Shown here piece after piece: positions 39,101-52,400 of a stretch of 64,000 nucleotides of DNA. The notes beneath the pieces were generated by a model that saw only the letters and a list, made by a program, of their open reading frames with translations, was not told the origin of the DNA and searched no databases. Source of the stretch: Oculina patagonica (taxonomy: Eukaryota); the NCBI RefSeq assembly GCF_052425735.1, contig NC_135760.1, positions 248,001-312,000 of the forward strand, given 5' to 3'. The translations under genes were made by a program, and so were the position numbers. Position 1 is the stretch's first letter. Each line of letters begins with the position of its first letter.

Positions 39101-40401
39101 TATCCAAATATCGAGTTAACTCTGATTTTCTAAAACTACTTATCTGTGGTGGTGGGGACAGGAGATGGTATCACAAAAACTGCTGGAATTGGAAAGACAG
39201 TAAGATAAGAGATACATTATTGGTACTAATTTCCAGATCGCTTTAATTTCGCAATTTTCGCGATTTAAAAAAAAAAATTCCCGCGAACTTTAATGTCGCG
39301 AAATTTAATACCTTCCTATATTTTTTGTCTACGTATTGTGTATAATGTGTAAAAGCTCTATAGCATGCCTACATATGAGAGGCCCAAAAACTTTATGCCA
39401 ATGGTACACATAGCTCTAGCCGAGTATAATTCACGGCTACAATGTAAATATGCATTGTACAATTGCAAAGAACGTTAAGCACAAGGATAATGTCTTTGAA
39501 TTTGCCTGTAGTACAAGATGTGTTTTCTATAGTTTGGTTTTGTTATAAAAAGTGTAAAATAATGATAAAATTCTCGAAATGAAATGTGTTGTATTTTAAT
39601 TTTCGCGAAATATAATTCCCCAAGAAAATAAGCTTGCACGCAAATCGCGACCTTTTTTTCGCGAAATTAAGTACCCGCGAAAATTAGTACCAATAATGGG
39701 AGTAATGACCAAAGGTAACAGATATTGCTGAAGCGCTCATGTTTAGGCTATTGTTAATATGAACAAACTCTTATTTGTTTTTATTTTGGATAATCACGTT
39801 GCGCAATTTTCATTTTAAACATGGAAATTTGCGTCATAATTGAAAGAGGTGAGTTTCCGCGCGCGCACTTTTTGTTTTTCGGTGCAGGCGGAAATAAATA
39901 AATAATTTTCCCGAATCAGTAAATAGAGTTTAAAATTAGACAAATCAGATGAGTCCAATTCTGGTCCTAATTTATTTTAACACTCGAAAAGCTTTTGGTA
40001 ATGATCTCTTCGATCTCGTCCTCAGTTTTCATGTCTTCAAAAGAAAACGTTTGGCAACTAAAAGTATCAAATTCTTTTATCGCAATCGCGCGCTTTGAAA
40101 CGTTTGTTCTCATATTTTGCTCACATGCGAACGTAATAATTTTATCCTTTGTAAAAGCGACGCAAAGCTTAACAACTAATTCAAAGAAAACTTAATGTAA
40201 TAAAAAGGAAACGCCCACCTCTCTAGCCATGATTCGCGCCACGTGTGAAGCGTCGAGTGGCTCATGTTTGTTTGTGCACGAAAAATCACCAACACAAACT
40301 CCGTCCGTTCTCCCAGTCTCTACATCTCTAAAAGTATTTTGGCTGTAAAAGTCGCTAAACTCTTTAGCTGAAGTGTTTGATAAACACGAAGTACTATCCA
40401 T
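36122..40401 (-). CDS. Uncharacterised ~354-aa coiled-coil/NPF protein (copy 2)
   Basis: Exons 40401-40219, 39086-39026, 38727-38440, 37801-37631, 37053-36892 (6-nt in-frame insertion), 36681-36505 and 36144-36122. Splice sites and frame are conserved with copy 1. Confidence 0.75.
38273..38361. mobile_element. 89-bp palindromic micro-MITE, 9-bp TSD
   Basis: TTCCATCGC|CAACCTCGTTCCCAGGG...CCCTGGGAACGAGGTTG|TTCTATCGC; empty site in copy 1 at ~20782-20790. Confidence 0.9.
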
Positions 40402-40474
40402 CTTTTCTCAATTCTCTTTGCACAGTGCTTCAGCAAGCGCTCAACACCAAATGCAAAAATTTTCAATCTGATAA

Positions 40475-40500
40475 GTTGCTATGACAACTTCCATGGTAAC
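40475..40500. promoter_or_regulatory. Tandem RFX X-box motifs (copy 2)
   Basis: Identical to copy 1. Confidence 0.65.
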
Positions 40501-41028
40501 TGTTTGCGCCGTCACTTCAGGACGTCACTGAACGGGAAGCCTGGTGACTAAGATGTATTCGCGCGAAAACGCAAAGTTGAAACTGATTCCCGTCTGGCTG
40601 GCAATCTCGATTGATCCTAAAAAAAAATAAAGCTTTCAGATTCTGTTTCTATTCTTTAGCTGTTTGTAGAGTGTTTGAACACCCTGACTTAATTATCAAT
40701 TATTTGATTCTATAAGCGATTAACACAATACTTACCGTTAAAAGTTCCAAAATTTCCCACTTCATGATATGTATAGATGTAAAATTTTGACTTCAACATA
40801 ACGTTAAATAAAACGTTAACTAGGAGAACTAAAATTAATTTTGTCGTTTTGACTGAAAATATTTGCCCTTTCACGCTTTAGAGTGACAAATTAGCAACTG
40901 AAAATATCAAAATTGCAGTCTGGAGTTGACATAACAAATTCTTGAAACGGTCTGACGCTGACTTAAGTGGAACGTAAAACAACGTTCACAGTTAAACTTG
41001 TAACAAGACTTTTCGACCGCAAACCTAA

Positions 41029-41472
41029 AGGCCTGGCCAAACGCACCCAACATTTCAACGCAACATATCCCAACATTGTTGCGCACAGCATGTTGCAATC
41101 GTTTGGCCACCCTGTCGCAACATGTTGCAACATGTTGGATGATGTTGGATCAAGTTTGAAAATGGTCAAATTTTTCTTCCAACATCTCGCAACATTTTTG
41201 GATGTTGCATGATGTTGTACTCGTTTGGCCACGTTCGTGCAACATTGTTGCGCTGGAGCATGCGCACTAGTTCGATATTCGCCATCCAACATATCGCAAC
41301 ATATCGCAACAGGGTGGCCAAACGCGTGCAACATGTTTTGCACAACAATGTTGCGATGTGTTGCGTTGAAATGTTGCGTGCGTTTGGCCAGCTGCTTCAC
41401 AACATCTCACAACATGACCCAACAATGTTGGGATATGTTGCGTTGAAATGTTGCGTGCGTTTGGCCGGGCCT
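41029..41472. mobile_element. PIF/Harbinger-like MITE with internal CAACAT/ATGTTG repeats
   Basis: TAA|AGGCCTGGCCAAACGCAC...GTGCGTTTGGCCGGGCCT|TAA; absent from copy 1 (~23380). Confidence 0.8.
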
Positions 41473-43178
41473 TAAGGCCTTCTTCGGTTTGAAAAAAGCA
41501 ACAGCTAACTTAACGGTTCACATTTGCGCGTGCGCGGTTGACTGAATACAACAAAACACGCGAACTGCGCGAGACCGGTGAACATTGCGCAAGCGATTTG
41601 TATATGACTAATTGTATATATCTGGCATTGCTGGTCTCTGCGAATGCCATGCTTCAAGGAAAAGCCTCAAGGTAATTGTTCGCTTTGTCAACAACAGTGG
41701 CGTGGTAAACATCCATTTCATGGTGAAAATAAGGGTCGGACAGGGGGGTAAGTGGTATACCAGTATACTTGAAAAGCTTGTACCCAGTACACCCAAAAAT
41801 TCCCCTCAAAATCATGCAAAATACCAAATTTGGAATAACACAGTATACTTTATGCAATTTTAGGAAAATCTTAAGCTAGTCTTGATCAAAAAGTGCAATC
41901 ACGACATACTGTTAGTTACACGTGAATGCAAAATAGCCGCAAGCTCATAAACCTGTCCGTACGGAGAGGTTCGACTGTAAATTGATGAGCCTGGAACAGG
42001 CTATCCTGGAACATGCGCTTAATTAACTCTTATTTGCGCATACCTTTTTCTTTTTTCTAAGACATCCTTATTGCAATTAGGTGTATATATATTTTAGATC
42101 GATTCCAAAGCCTAAATCTTACTATATTCAGCGCTGGAAAGCGCAGAAATAAACTTCACCCAGAGAATGACACCTCTCTAATACGGCCACCTCCCTATTA
42201 CGGACGATCTCCAATGTCCCAACAAAATTCTCTTTAGAAAAAAACCTCTATGATACGGACTCTCTCCAATACGGACAACAGACACTAAATCTCAGCCCCA
42301 GGGAACAAATTCGTATAAACTTAACCCCCTTATAATATGGATACACTTTGCTCTGTCCCTTCGGTGTACGTATTAGAGAGGTTCAACTGTATCTTGTTAC
42401 ACCATAAATAAGTGAAAAGATATTAGCGCGTGAGTTTTCTGTAAAAGCTACCAGTCAATAACGTTATTGCAATTAGGTGTATACGGCAATTATGTGAGAA
42501 TAAAATCGACCAATCAGCAAAACCGCGAATATAAAGCTATAAGGCGACGAGTGGAGGGTTTTTTGACACAGGCTATAGAAAAGAAAGAAAGTGTTGCAGC
42601 ATGCAAAGAATGATTCCTGATTTTGTCTCGGTTTATATTTTCAGTATTTGATCTTAGATTTTAGTCTTTGAGTTAAATCGGCGTTTAATCGAGAAAATAC
42701 AGCACTGAGACTTACAGTAACAGATTTCTGTTGCTTGGATATTCCGCGGATTTTTTTTGCGATAAAGACTTGCGACTTCGACACGCACAACATAGGCATA
42801 CCCCTTCAAACGCGCACACAATCGTGTAGCAAATACTCCTTCTTACGGAGATATTTGCCTTTCAAAATACTGAAACAACAGGATTTTGCTAACGAGCTAA
42901 AATTTGCAAAAACTGGCCATTTTCAAGGCGGACCATTTTGCTCATTAACGTATTTCCAAACGTTGCACACAATAGAAGAGTGACCTTTTCATGGAATTAA
43001 TTTAATATTTAAACCAACAGGAATCAGTACCGAGTAAGAAATTAACGGATTCTGTTGTCTTAATATTCAGAGAATTCCTCTCCATAAGAGACGTGACTTC
43101 GAAAGTTTGCACACAATAGACATGGAATCGCACTCTTTCAAACGGGCACCCAATTGCCCAAGAAATCCTCCTTTTTAA

Positions 43179-43769
43179 CTCTTTCAGTGCTAAAGTCGAC
43201 TTTTGTCGACATTTGGAGGAGCAGTCAATGAACCACTTGTGACGTCATTAATTTAAAAGTCAGCAGATTTTGGTGATAAGCATCTGATAGAGCTAGGTTT
43301 GACCTTTTCAAAGAACTATTCACTTTGCGTATCGGTCGCATCCTAACAGAGCTAATCGAGAAAAAGTCAATCACTTTTTAGTGCAAAATCGGTGCTTAAA
43401 AAGGCCAAAACACCTGTAAAAGATCGAGGTCCTCTTGACAGGGTTTACCAATGTTTTTATCAAAACTTTTTTGGTCTAAAGGAAGGACGAATACAGTAGA
43501 AAGAAGTGGAAATAACAAAGCCAAGAGAAACGAAAGGAAAAGGAGCAAGAAAAAAAATGGAAACGATTTCAAAGTCCAAATTTTGGCTTATGCGCATGCA
43601 CCAAAGTACATTTTTGTACATTTTTTAATGGAATCTTCCTCAAAATCTTGCTGCATTGTGGAAAAGTGCTTTTTAAGTAAAGTTAAGGGAAATCCAGGAT
43701 CGTAGCATCAAAAATTCAGTTTGACGGTAAAAAAAACCCAGTTTTTGGAGGAATTCAGCACTGAAAGGG
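43179..43769. mobile_element. piggyBac-like non-autonomous element (591 bp)
   Basis: TTAA|CTCTTTCAGTGCT...AGCACTGAAAGGG|TTAA; single-TTAA empty site at 26347-26350 in copy 1. Confidence 0.88.
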
Positions 43770-44479
43770 TTAAGGAAATATTTACATTATGTTTATTTGA
43801 ATATTTAACGTGGATTTTCTTTCTCTTGAATATTTCGAACCATCCTTTTAGCAGAGTTGCTTCGATCTTTCCTAGCTAAGTCCCAACTTATCAAGGTAAG
43901 ATCGAAGCAACTCTGCTAAAAGGATACCTTTCACGGGGAAATACAGACATCAATATTAAACCAATAGGAATTGGGTAAAGAGTTAGAAACTGCCCAAAGT
44001 GACCATTTTCAGCGTAGACCATTCTGCTCATTAACAGATTTTTACCGGAATATTCAAATAACAGAAATCAGCTAACGAGAAAAATGGAGACTAGCAGTAC
44101 TTCTACCTCCACCCCCAGGGTCACCCCAACATTAAATTTGCCAGTACCCATTTGTATATCTGGAGAGAGGCGGACTGGGAGTCAAGTCTTCTGCCCCGTC
44201 TTTTGCCCAAGAACAGAATGCAATAACCCTGGTCAGGGCTCGAGTACCAACTACTTGATCCAAGTCCAGTCGGCTAACTGCTAGGGCCACGGCACCCTCA
44301 CCACGTAACATAACACAAGAATAATCGCAAACACAAGGATAAATGTGTTCACTTTTTAATAAGCCTACAGATACATGTGTGTGTTGCAGTGTACACTAGT
44401 GAGGTTATCAGGTTGTGCTCTTACATGTGTAAGTGAGAATCAGCCAAGTCACAAAAAAGGACAGTCTCGAATTTGTTAA

Positions 44480-45633
44480 TTTATTATTGTTAATTTATTA
44501 TTATGATGTAAATGTAAACTAGTATTCATTAATTGTAAGACTGATAATGTAATAAATATAGAGTAGTTTTGATGGATGCATGGTATCATGTAGTGTCCAG
44601 TATTACACTAGTTGTGTTTGGTTAAAAAACAGAAAACAATGATTTAAAAAAAATCCAGTCAGCTCCCATGGAGTAGACGCAAGGCCACGTTATCCCTCTT
44701 TGGTGTCATACAAGAGGCCTGAGGCATGAAGTAGTGATCAGCCACCACTTAACCGTTGTGGAGTTGGATATTGGCATCTAGAAAGGAACAGAGGAAACAG
44801 TACAATTAACTGTTAATTTACCATGGCTTTCGGTAGTCAGTGAATTTTGGGTGGTGTGTTACGGGAGCTCTAAAACCCTTACCCTATACCCCATGCTCAG
44901 CTGCACTTTGCAACCATAATAACAAACTGTACATACCAAAAATCCCTACTCTAGATTGATCCCCAGACAAGCTAGTTTTCAGAACCTTTATAACTATTAC
45001 AGTCAGTTGCTACTTAAGCTGCCACAATTATGCAAACAAGTGAGATATCAATTTGAACATGAGAAATTTCATATCTCCAAGCAGCCATGTATTTTATTTG
45101 TATTTCAATTTGTGTAAACCCATGTGTCAGGTTTTACATGCGAAGTCTAGACTAAATTCTTCAAACCACTGATAAATGGTGTCACCCCATCAATGTTCTT
45201 GATGACAATAAAGCATGTGGCATCTGAAAACCCATCACTAAAACGACTGGTTTATACTATCAAGGGAAAGAACTCTGGTTTAATTTTCACACCTTTTTTG
45301 ATGAGATATTACAAATAAAATTTATGAAAAGCTGCTAAACTCTAAACTTCACAAGGGTTATTGTAAAATTCATTAACTATTCATGAGGGTGCAAACCAAT
45401 CCCAGCACAGTATTCAGATCACATGTACACCCCTGTAAACCCCAATACAAATCAAACAATATAATTAACTTTTGATACAGACTCCTGCTCAGCTAATTAG
45501 TATTCATTAACTTTTGATACAGATCTCGACTGATTCCATTCAATTTATTGTTTTCATTTCACAAGTAGAATAAAATATTCGCGTCCGATCTGTATGGCCG
45601 TTTACAATGGCTCGCCTAACGACTCGCCATTGT

Positions 45634-45674
<41 letters not shown>

Positions 45675-46951
45675 CTAAAAAATTCAACTTACAATCCAAA
45701 CCTCCAATGGACAGGAGTAATGGCACTTCTCCAGCTGTATGTCCTTGTACAGGTACATTAGGAAATTAGTAGATCTTCAACACTGAGAGTTCCATTTTCC
45801 TCTGTTTAACTAGACAAAACGAAAAACAATAGATTGACATCAATTGTCATCACTGGGCAATTCCATGACTTAATTTCAATCATAAGCTAATGATTTCACA
45901 TTGGAAAATTATTGTGTACTAAATTACTGGTCATTATTTAGAAGATGATGCTACTTTATTTCAATTTATTTTAAAATGTAAAACCTAGAACTGAAAACGA
46001 AAATTTGCTTGTCAAACCATCTGTCCATTTTCAATAAATTATTTACCTTACATCCAGGTTATTTTTAAGTTTGCAAGATTGACGACTTCAATTTGATGAC
46101 CTTGTTTTTGCCAAACAAGGCAAAACAGGCGATTTCTTCAGTTGAGTAGAACAAATTTAAAGAGCTAACTAAGGCTAATGTTTAAACTCGTTGCATTTAA
46201 GATTAACAACCATCACTGCATTTAGGGTTAATATCAATTTGACAAGCAGTGACTGTAACAAAAAGGAAAATATACTTAACCTTCTAAGAATGCACATTGT
46301 TGTACAATCCAGTTTTTATTGTAACAGCAATTAGTCTATCCTTTAAAATTAACCTGTTATATTTTATCCTTGGGTTATAACTCAAGTACTGTAAAAGCTG
46401 TCTTAAGCCCTAGGGGTACTTATTTCTTCTTCTGACCGCCTTTTTTTTGGAAGGGGGGGGGATTAATAGTCAAGGGGGATTGTTGAGATAGGGTGGCTTA
46501 AAATATTTCAAATCATAATCAGTTAGGGTGTGTATGAAAAAATTAAGTGGGCTTTCCAAAGTTTGAGTGCTGTTTAGTAACACATTTTCACAAAAAGTAA
46601 AAACAAAAAGAAAATGTGGTGGATGGGCAACTTTAAAAGTGTAAATAAAACCTTGTTTTCTTTTTCATAAAATTAATTGTCACGATCTATTATCTAGAGA
46701 AAGGGGAGGGGAGGCTATTTAAAAAATTGAACTTCCAGATGGGGTCTTAAAAGAGCTTTTAGAGTAACCATTAATAAAACAATAGATTTACCTTCAGATC
46801 ATTACTCTGCTGGAATGAAGTCTTCTTCAAGGCTCATTTTGTTCTCAAAAGCTTTAGGCAGTTTCCATATTTAGCTTGGTTTCTTCATGTGTTACTACGA
46901 CGTTTTTTTAAAAGTTGATTTAAATAATTTTAAAAGAGTGTTTTCTGCTTT
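44480..46951 (-). other. Putative spliced non-coding exons downstream of the KHDRBS stop codon
   Basis: Candidate exons 46951-46792, ~46340-46281, 45809-45693 and 44777-~44480. Strong acceptors (ttttcgttttgtctag, tttcctctgttcctttctag), donors (gtaaat, gttaag, gtaagt) and AATAAA at ~44499-44480. No long ORF. Confidence 0.4.
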
Positions 46952-49107
46952 CTGGTAGGTATTAATCCACATAATTACTAGCGCAAGTTTAATGTTATTA
47001 CACCCTCTGCCATTTCAGGTTTTAGCTATGCACGTCTGTGAAGGAAGTTATGGCAAACATTTTTTGTTCGGTACCTTTAGCAAAAGTTGGTTGGGAGCTA
47101 CCATATTCTTTTCACTAAGCGTCTTTGGCTTTTATTTCAAACTTACATGTAGCCTGGTGAACCCGGCGTTTATTTGACTCCTACCGTTTATTTGAACCTG
47201 ATGTTGGGTATGATGCATCAGCAAAGGTTTACGCTTGATAAAACACAAGCAACAAGTGACATCCATGTTAGAATGGAATTAAATTAGTTGCAAAATTGTT
47301 TATTTAACTTGATTCCAGTAAGGATGTGTATTGCAAGTGGGTACAAATAGAAGTTGCTGTTCTATAGATTCAACAACAGAAGAGGAAGCCAGTGTTAATA
47401 TACACAATCATGTACTTCTGTACCTTTTTTTACCTTACTTTAAAACTGCATATGATACTACAGTAAGAATAAGACGTTGAGAGATCACTCAGTTACAAAA
47501 TAGCCAAGCCTTTATTGATATATAACAGGAGGTTTAAAAAACGTTTACTCCTTATTTCAAAAGCTGAGTAATTCTTGAATAACTGGACATACATTTTGTC
47601 TGTATTCAAAGCACGGTTTCAAAACAAAACGATCATGTTTATAAAAATACACATAAAACTATATCTGGGACATATTTATGTCACATTTCACCAAAAAATA
47701 TATTGATTTTGCTTGGAAGCCTTCTCCAGTTGGAAGTGTTAAAGTACTTCATCCATGTTTAAAGAATGTGTCAAATGTTATGGCTCATTGATGTGTTTAG
47801 TTTTTTGACACCACCTAACATTTCAAAGCCAGAAATTCTTTATTAAGAAATTCAAGGAAGTATAAAACATTTATAAATGTATAAAACGGTGAGTAATTCG
47901 AGAGCAACAGAACAAAATAATTATCACAAACAAAAACATTGTGTTTATAAAAATAGATGCAAAACTCTGGGACTTATTTATTGAAAATAGTAGTCCAATC
48001 CATTTAGATAACCATATTTTACTCAAAAATATTTGATACCACTTGGAAGCCTTCTCTAGTTTAAATGTTACATATTTAAACAATGGTTTTACAAAAAAAT
48101 GTGTCATTCATTTATGTCTCAGTGAAGATTTAAATGTTTTTTTTTTCTGATTGTAAAGGTGTTTAGGAAAGGTCACAAAGATAACATTTAGTTCAGAGTT
48201 CATGCCAAGGGATTATTCTTTATAGCATAGTTAAGAAATTTCTGTGATCTTTCATAGATTAATGTTTCAATTTCTTAAAAACAACCATAGTGGAATGACC
48301 AAACAGTTTAGCAATGTTTATCACTTTATTGAGTTCAATAACAACAGGTAGCTTAAGAGGTTATTTAATTTTAACATACAAGCTTAACAACATTAGGTTT
48401 AATTAAGTTTTTAAAAAATTAACCATTTAGTGGCTGACGATGCCCTTGTTTATCAAAAAACTTAGGAGTTAAATGTTTGTTGTATCAGACAGGATGACAT
48501 GCAGTTTTAGATAATTTAAACATTATAAAAGAAAATAAATCACTCATCTCATAGATGAAAAAAGGGTTTAAGAGTACCAGTATACATGTTACATACTTTA
48601 CCTTGACCTGTTTTATATGCTACACAATGTATTGGATAACATAAGGTTTAAATTTTAGCAACAAAACAAGCCTGGAATATTATGACATTGCCTAACAACT
48701 GGAAAGGTTTTTTTATGGTGTAACTGTTTAGCCAAAATAATCATTTTATACCGGTAAGTTTAAATGAATGGAACATTACTTGGTAAGGCATTAATTGTGT
48801 TCATCTTCCTTCTTTATCCACGTTTACCGAAGGCTCCATGCATAAAATTTCTTCAATTATGTACAGAAAAGAAATTAAATTGATTAACATTTCAATGTTT
48901 AGCAAAAGAAACCATGACTAAAAAACACTTATGAAAATAGCTGTCATCTCTACACTACAATGTAACAGAACAGGAAATAAGCACACTGCTACCTTTTTAA
49001 CACAGAATATAGGCGTGTGCTTGTAATAATTTGTAAGAAATTTATCAAAACTCTATTAACAAGGCTTTAGATTCAAACGAGAATCCCTAGAAAAATTTGT
49101 AACTACT

Positions 49108-49384
49108 TCAATAAGGGTATGCTGCTTCACGAACAATTTTCTTGACAGTACGAGCTGGTGGTGCCTTGAAAGTTGCAGATGAACTCACTGGAACTCTGGT
49201 TGGAGCTAAAATAAGAAGTTAATGTGAGTTTAAGATTAACCACTTATTGTAATGTTATGAGTTGAGCTGGAATAAAATTCATATTAGACTTAACAATATT
49301 TATTACATTACACCGACTAAAGTTAGCCTTGTCTGAATAGTTTTAAAGAGTTATTCCTCGACCAATTAAACACACTTCTCAAAC

Positions 49385-49421
<37 letters not shown>

Positions 49422-52400
49422 TAGCCGTGACGGTGGTTTGGATTCCCGATCTTAATTAGCATAGATTTTTACGATTTTATTTCTCCGTTTACTCCGTAGT
49501 TTTTGTTTCGATTGAGAAGATATATCAAACACTCGAGACAGTGTTTCATCGGCTATCCAAACACCTCAAATTTCGTCAAAAATACTCCGCTGCACGTCGT
49601 ATTTTCAACTCTCTTCTCAGTGTTTGGATATCCCGATGAAACACTGCCTCTCGTGTTTGATATATTACATGAACACTTTAAGCAACACCTTATTGTAGGC
49701 AAGTTTTGCAACAACCATTTTAACTTTAATGATTGAAAAACATCACAAAGATTAGAGAGACAAAAAGTGAAAACAAATAAAATTTTAAAGTCTATATTTA
49801 AAACACCTCATAAACTACTTATTTGTCAAGCTGTGCTCCTCTCCACTTAAGTGTGAGAAAAGTAACAGCACCTTTTGTTTTTAGTTATTTGTCACTTTGA
49901 GAGGTACATTATATACTACACAGTTACATATTTATCAGAGTGGGCAGGGCTGATATTTTTAAATGGCAAAAGCAGTACTTTTAACCCATTATTATTGTTG
50001 GGGGGTAAGCTAATTACTCAGCAATTAACATGAAATCAAACAATAGCTTGAAAAGCACCTACAGTATAATGTTAAATTGAGTTGTTGCAAAAGTGCTCTA
50101 CAATAAGGCAGTGACATGTACATGTATACTGTAATTTTAATTGTGAAAAACAACAAAATTAAAATAATTGATCAAGATAATATCCAACTTTGGCCACTAA
50201 CCTTTTTTGTATGTGTACATGTAAAGATGTAAATGCAAACCTCTTGGTTAAGCATATACCAGTTTGTTACCAAAAGAAAGTTTGTGTGTACATGACTGTA
50301 CATGTACAGTAATTTATTTCATAAAATGTAAAATTCTTGTTAATCAAGTTACAAGCACAAACATGTAGTTCAAAATGAAGTTTTAAAGTTTTAAAACAAT
50401 CATTCTTATTATGTGTTCATCTAATTTTAACCAAAGAATTGGAACAATGATAAAGGCAACACAACAGGAAATAAAGAAATAAATGTACTACACCATTTAT
50501 GCTAAAATTATGAGAAAAGTCATTACTCTTTCCACACAATTATTTTTCAGGGGAACACTGAAAATCACTAATTTACACAGAATATGATTTTAACAACAAT
50601 AATTAAAGTTCATTTACTAATTATGTTGAGGATTAAAATAAAGCATGAAGATAAATGCCAATTTTTTTTTTCTAGTCTTAAAGGTGGATATTATCTTGAT
50701 CACAGGATTTAAGTTTATTATACACAATGTAACAGAGCATTTTCTTATTACCAATGAAGTCATCTTTGTATTAAGATAGTGGTCTCATATTATTTTATAC
50801 ATACAGAGAGAAACTATCAGTAACTTGACAAAAAAGGTTACATGAAACAAAAATGTACAACAATTTGATGTCATGTTAGAAATCCACTTTTTATGTAAAA
50901 TTCATTCCAGTATGATTTGTTTAATTTTTTTAATTAAAAAAATGTCGCCTTATCATGTCAACTCACCTACAGACTTGTGCACCAAGGTATTCAATTTCAG
51001 ATTAAAGCTACATGTACATTTAATTATAATGGGACTTGCATGTTTCCGGGAATCTAAAAGAATGGCATACGGAATGTAGACAAACAGATCACCTACCTGG
51101 ATATGCTGTTTCATAAACCTCTGGCTGTCCATACTCATAATACACTGTGTCGCTGTTGATTTGTACAACAAACAGTCACCCATCGTATAAAGACTACAGA
51201 ATTTCGTTGGTTGCTATCCCAAATTCATAATCAACCGATCAAATGCTCTATGTATCTACTGCCATGCTGCCGCAATTATGACAATATGTAATTTGTGATA
51301 ATCAGAATTTTTATTTGTTTGAAATAGAAAATACCATTAGAGTCCATTGAGAAATGGTCAGCCTCCTTGGCCTACACATTACTCTGTCAAATTAAATTTT
51401 TATTATTTCGTTTTGTGAAAATATTGTTCTTTGATAATCATTTTCTTTCATTATTGTGATACTATTGTTCTTAGTTTGCTCTGGTGCATGTACATGAATG
51501 TTTTTAGCTATGCTGCTGTATCCTATTGATGTGCCAATTAAATGTTTCGTGGCCTAGCAGACGTGCCAATGCAACCAGATTTTGTAAACACATACATGTA
51601 CAATGACTTGTAGCTGTCAGGTAATACTTACCCAGCTTCAGGATAAGCTGCTTCAAATTCATAACCAGGCTCATAAGGTTCATAACCCTAAAAAACAAAC
51701 ATCATCATCAATAAATCATAACAAAGCAATACTCATAAAAGATAATACTCATAAAAGATAAAAACTGCCAAAGGGCTTATATTTTTCTGTTAAAATAAGG
51801 ATACTTATTTTATTCATGTCTGACACAAAGGTTGCATAACACTTCTGGAATGAAATAAGTTAAAGAATCGAATCAAGGTTTCAAATAATAAGGTTTATTT
51901 TACACTTATTTTGTCATTTATATTTGGTTTAGGATTTATAATTAAACTTAAAATTTACAGGTGTAAAGAAAACAGACAGTATTGTTGGTTTAGTTAGTCA
52001 TGGTTACATCAATGTACTGCAAGAATTTAAGTTTTTTTTAACATGCTACCATGTCACTTATTGAGGCCCTTCCACTTACAATCACTTGTTCTCCTGAAGT
52101 CAGCAGTTGAACCCCGATTGTTGCTGGAAGAGCATGCACTGCCTAACAGATAACAAGTAAAATTTGCTCGGGATTATCAGTTATGCAGTAGTAGCATTTT
52201 ATAACCAAGTTATTTGTGTTTATATGTAAAATGTGGTTAGTACGGGTCTCCTTCCAGTAACTACACTACTAGGAACAATCTTTTACAAGAACAATGAAAT
52301 TATTATCTTGGAATGACTATTTTGAATTTGTTTAAGATGGCTCCATACATTTATCATTAATTTTACAGATTTGCACACACCAATGTTCTCTAGGAAAGTG

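Larger units (their letters stand above)
34176..49990 (+). repeat. Segmental duplicate copy 2
   Basis: Collinear with 17104-32260 and contiguous with the rest of the KHDRBS gene. Confidence 0.97.

Noticed and set aside
40963-41475. Cys-rich ORFs on both strands and short repeated motifs that look like a CRISPR-like array
   Set aside because: These are internal repeats of a TIR element. There is no regular repeat-spacer period, no cas genes, and the context is eukaryotic.
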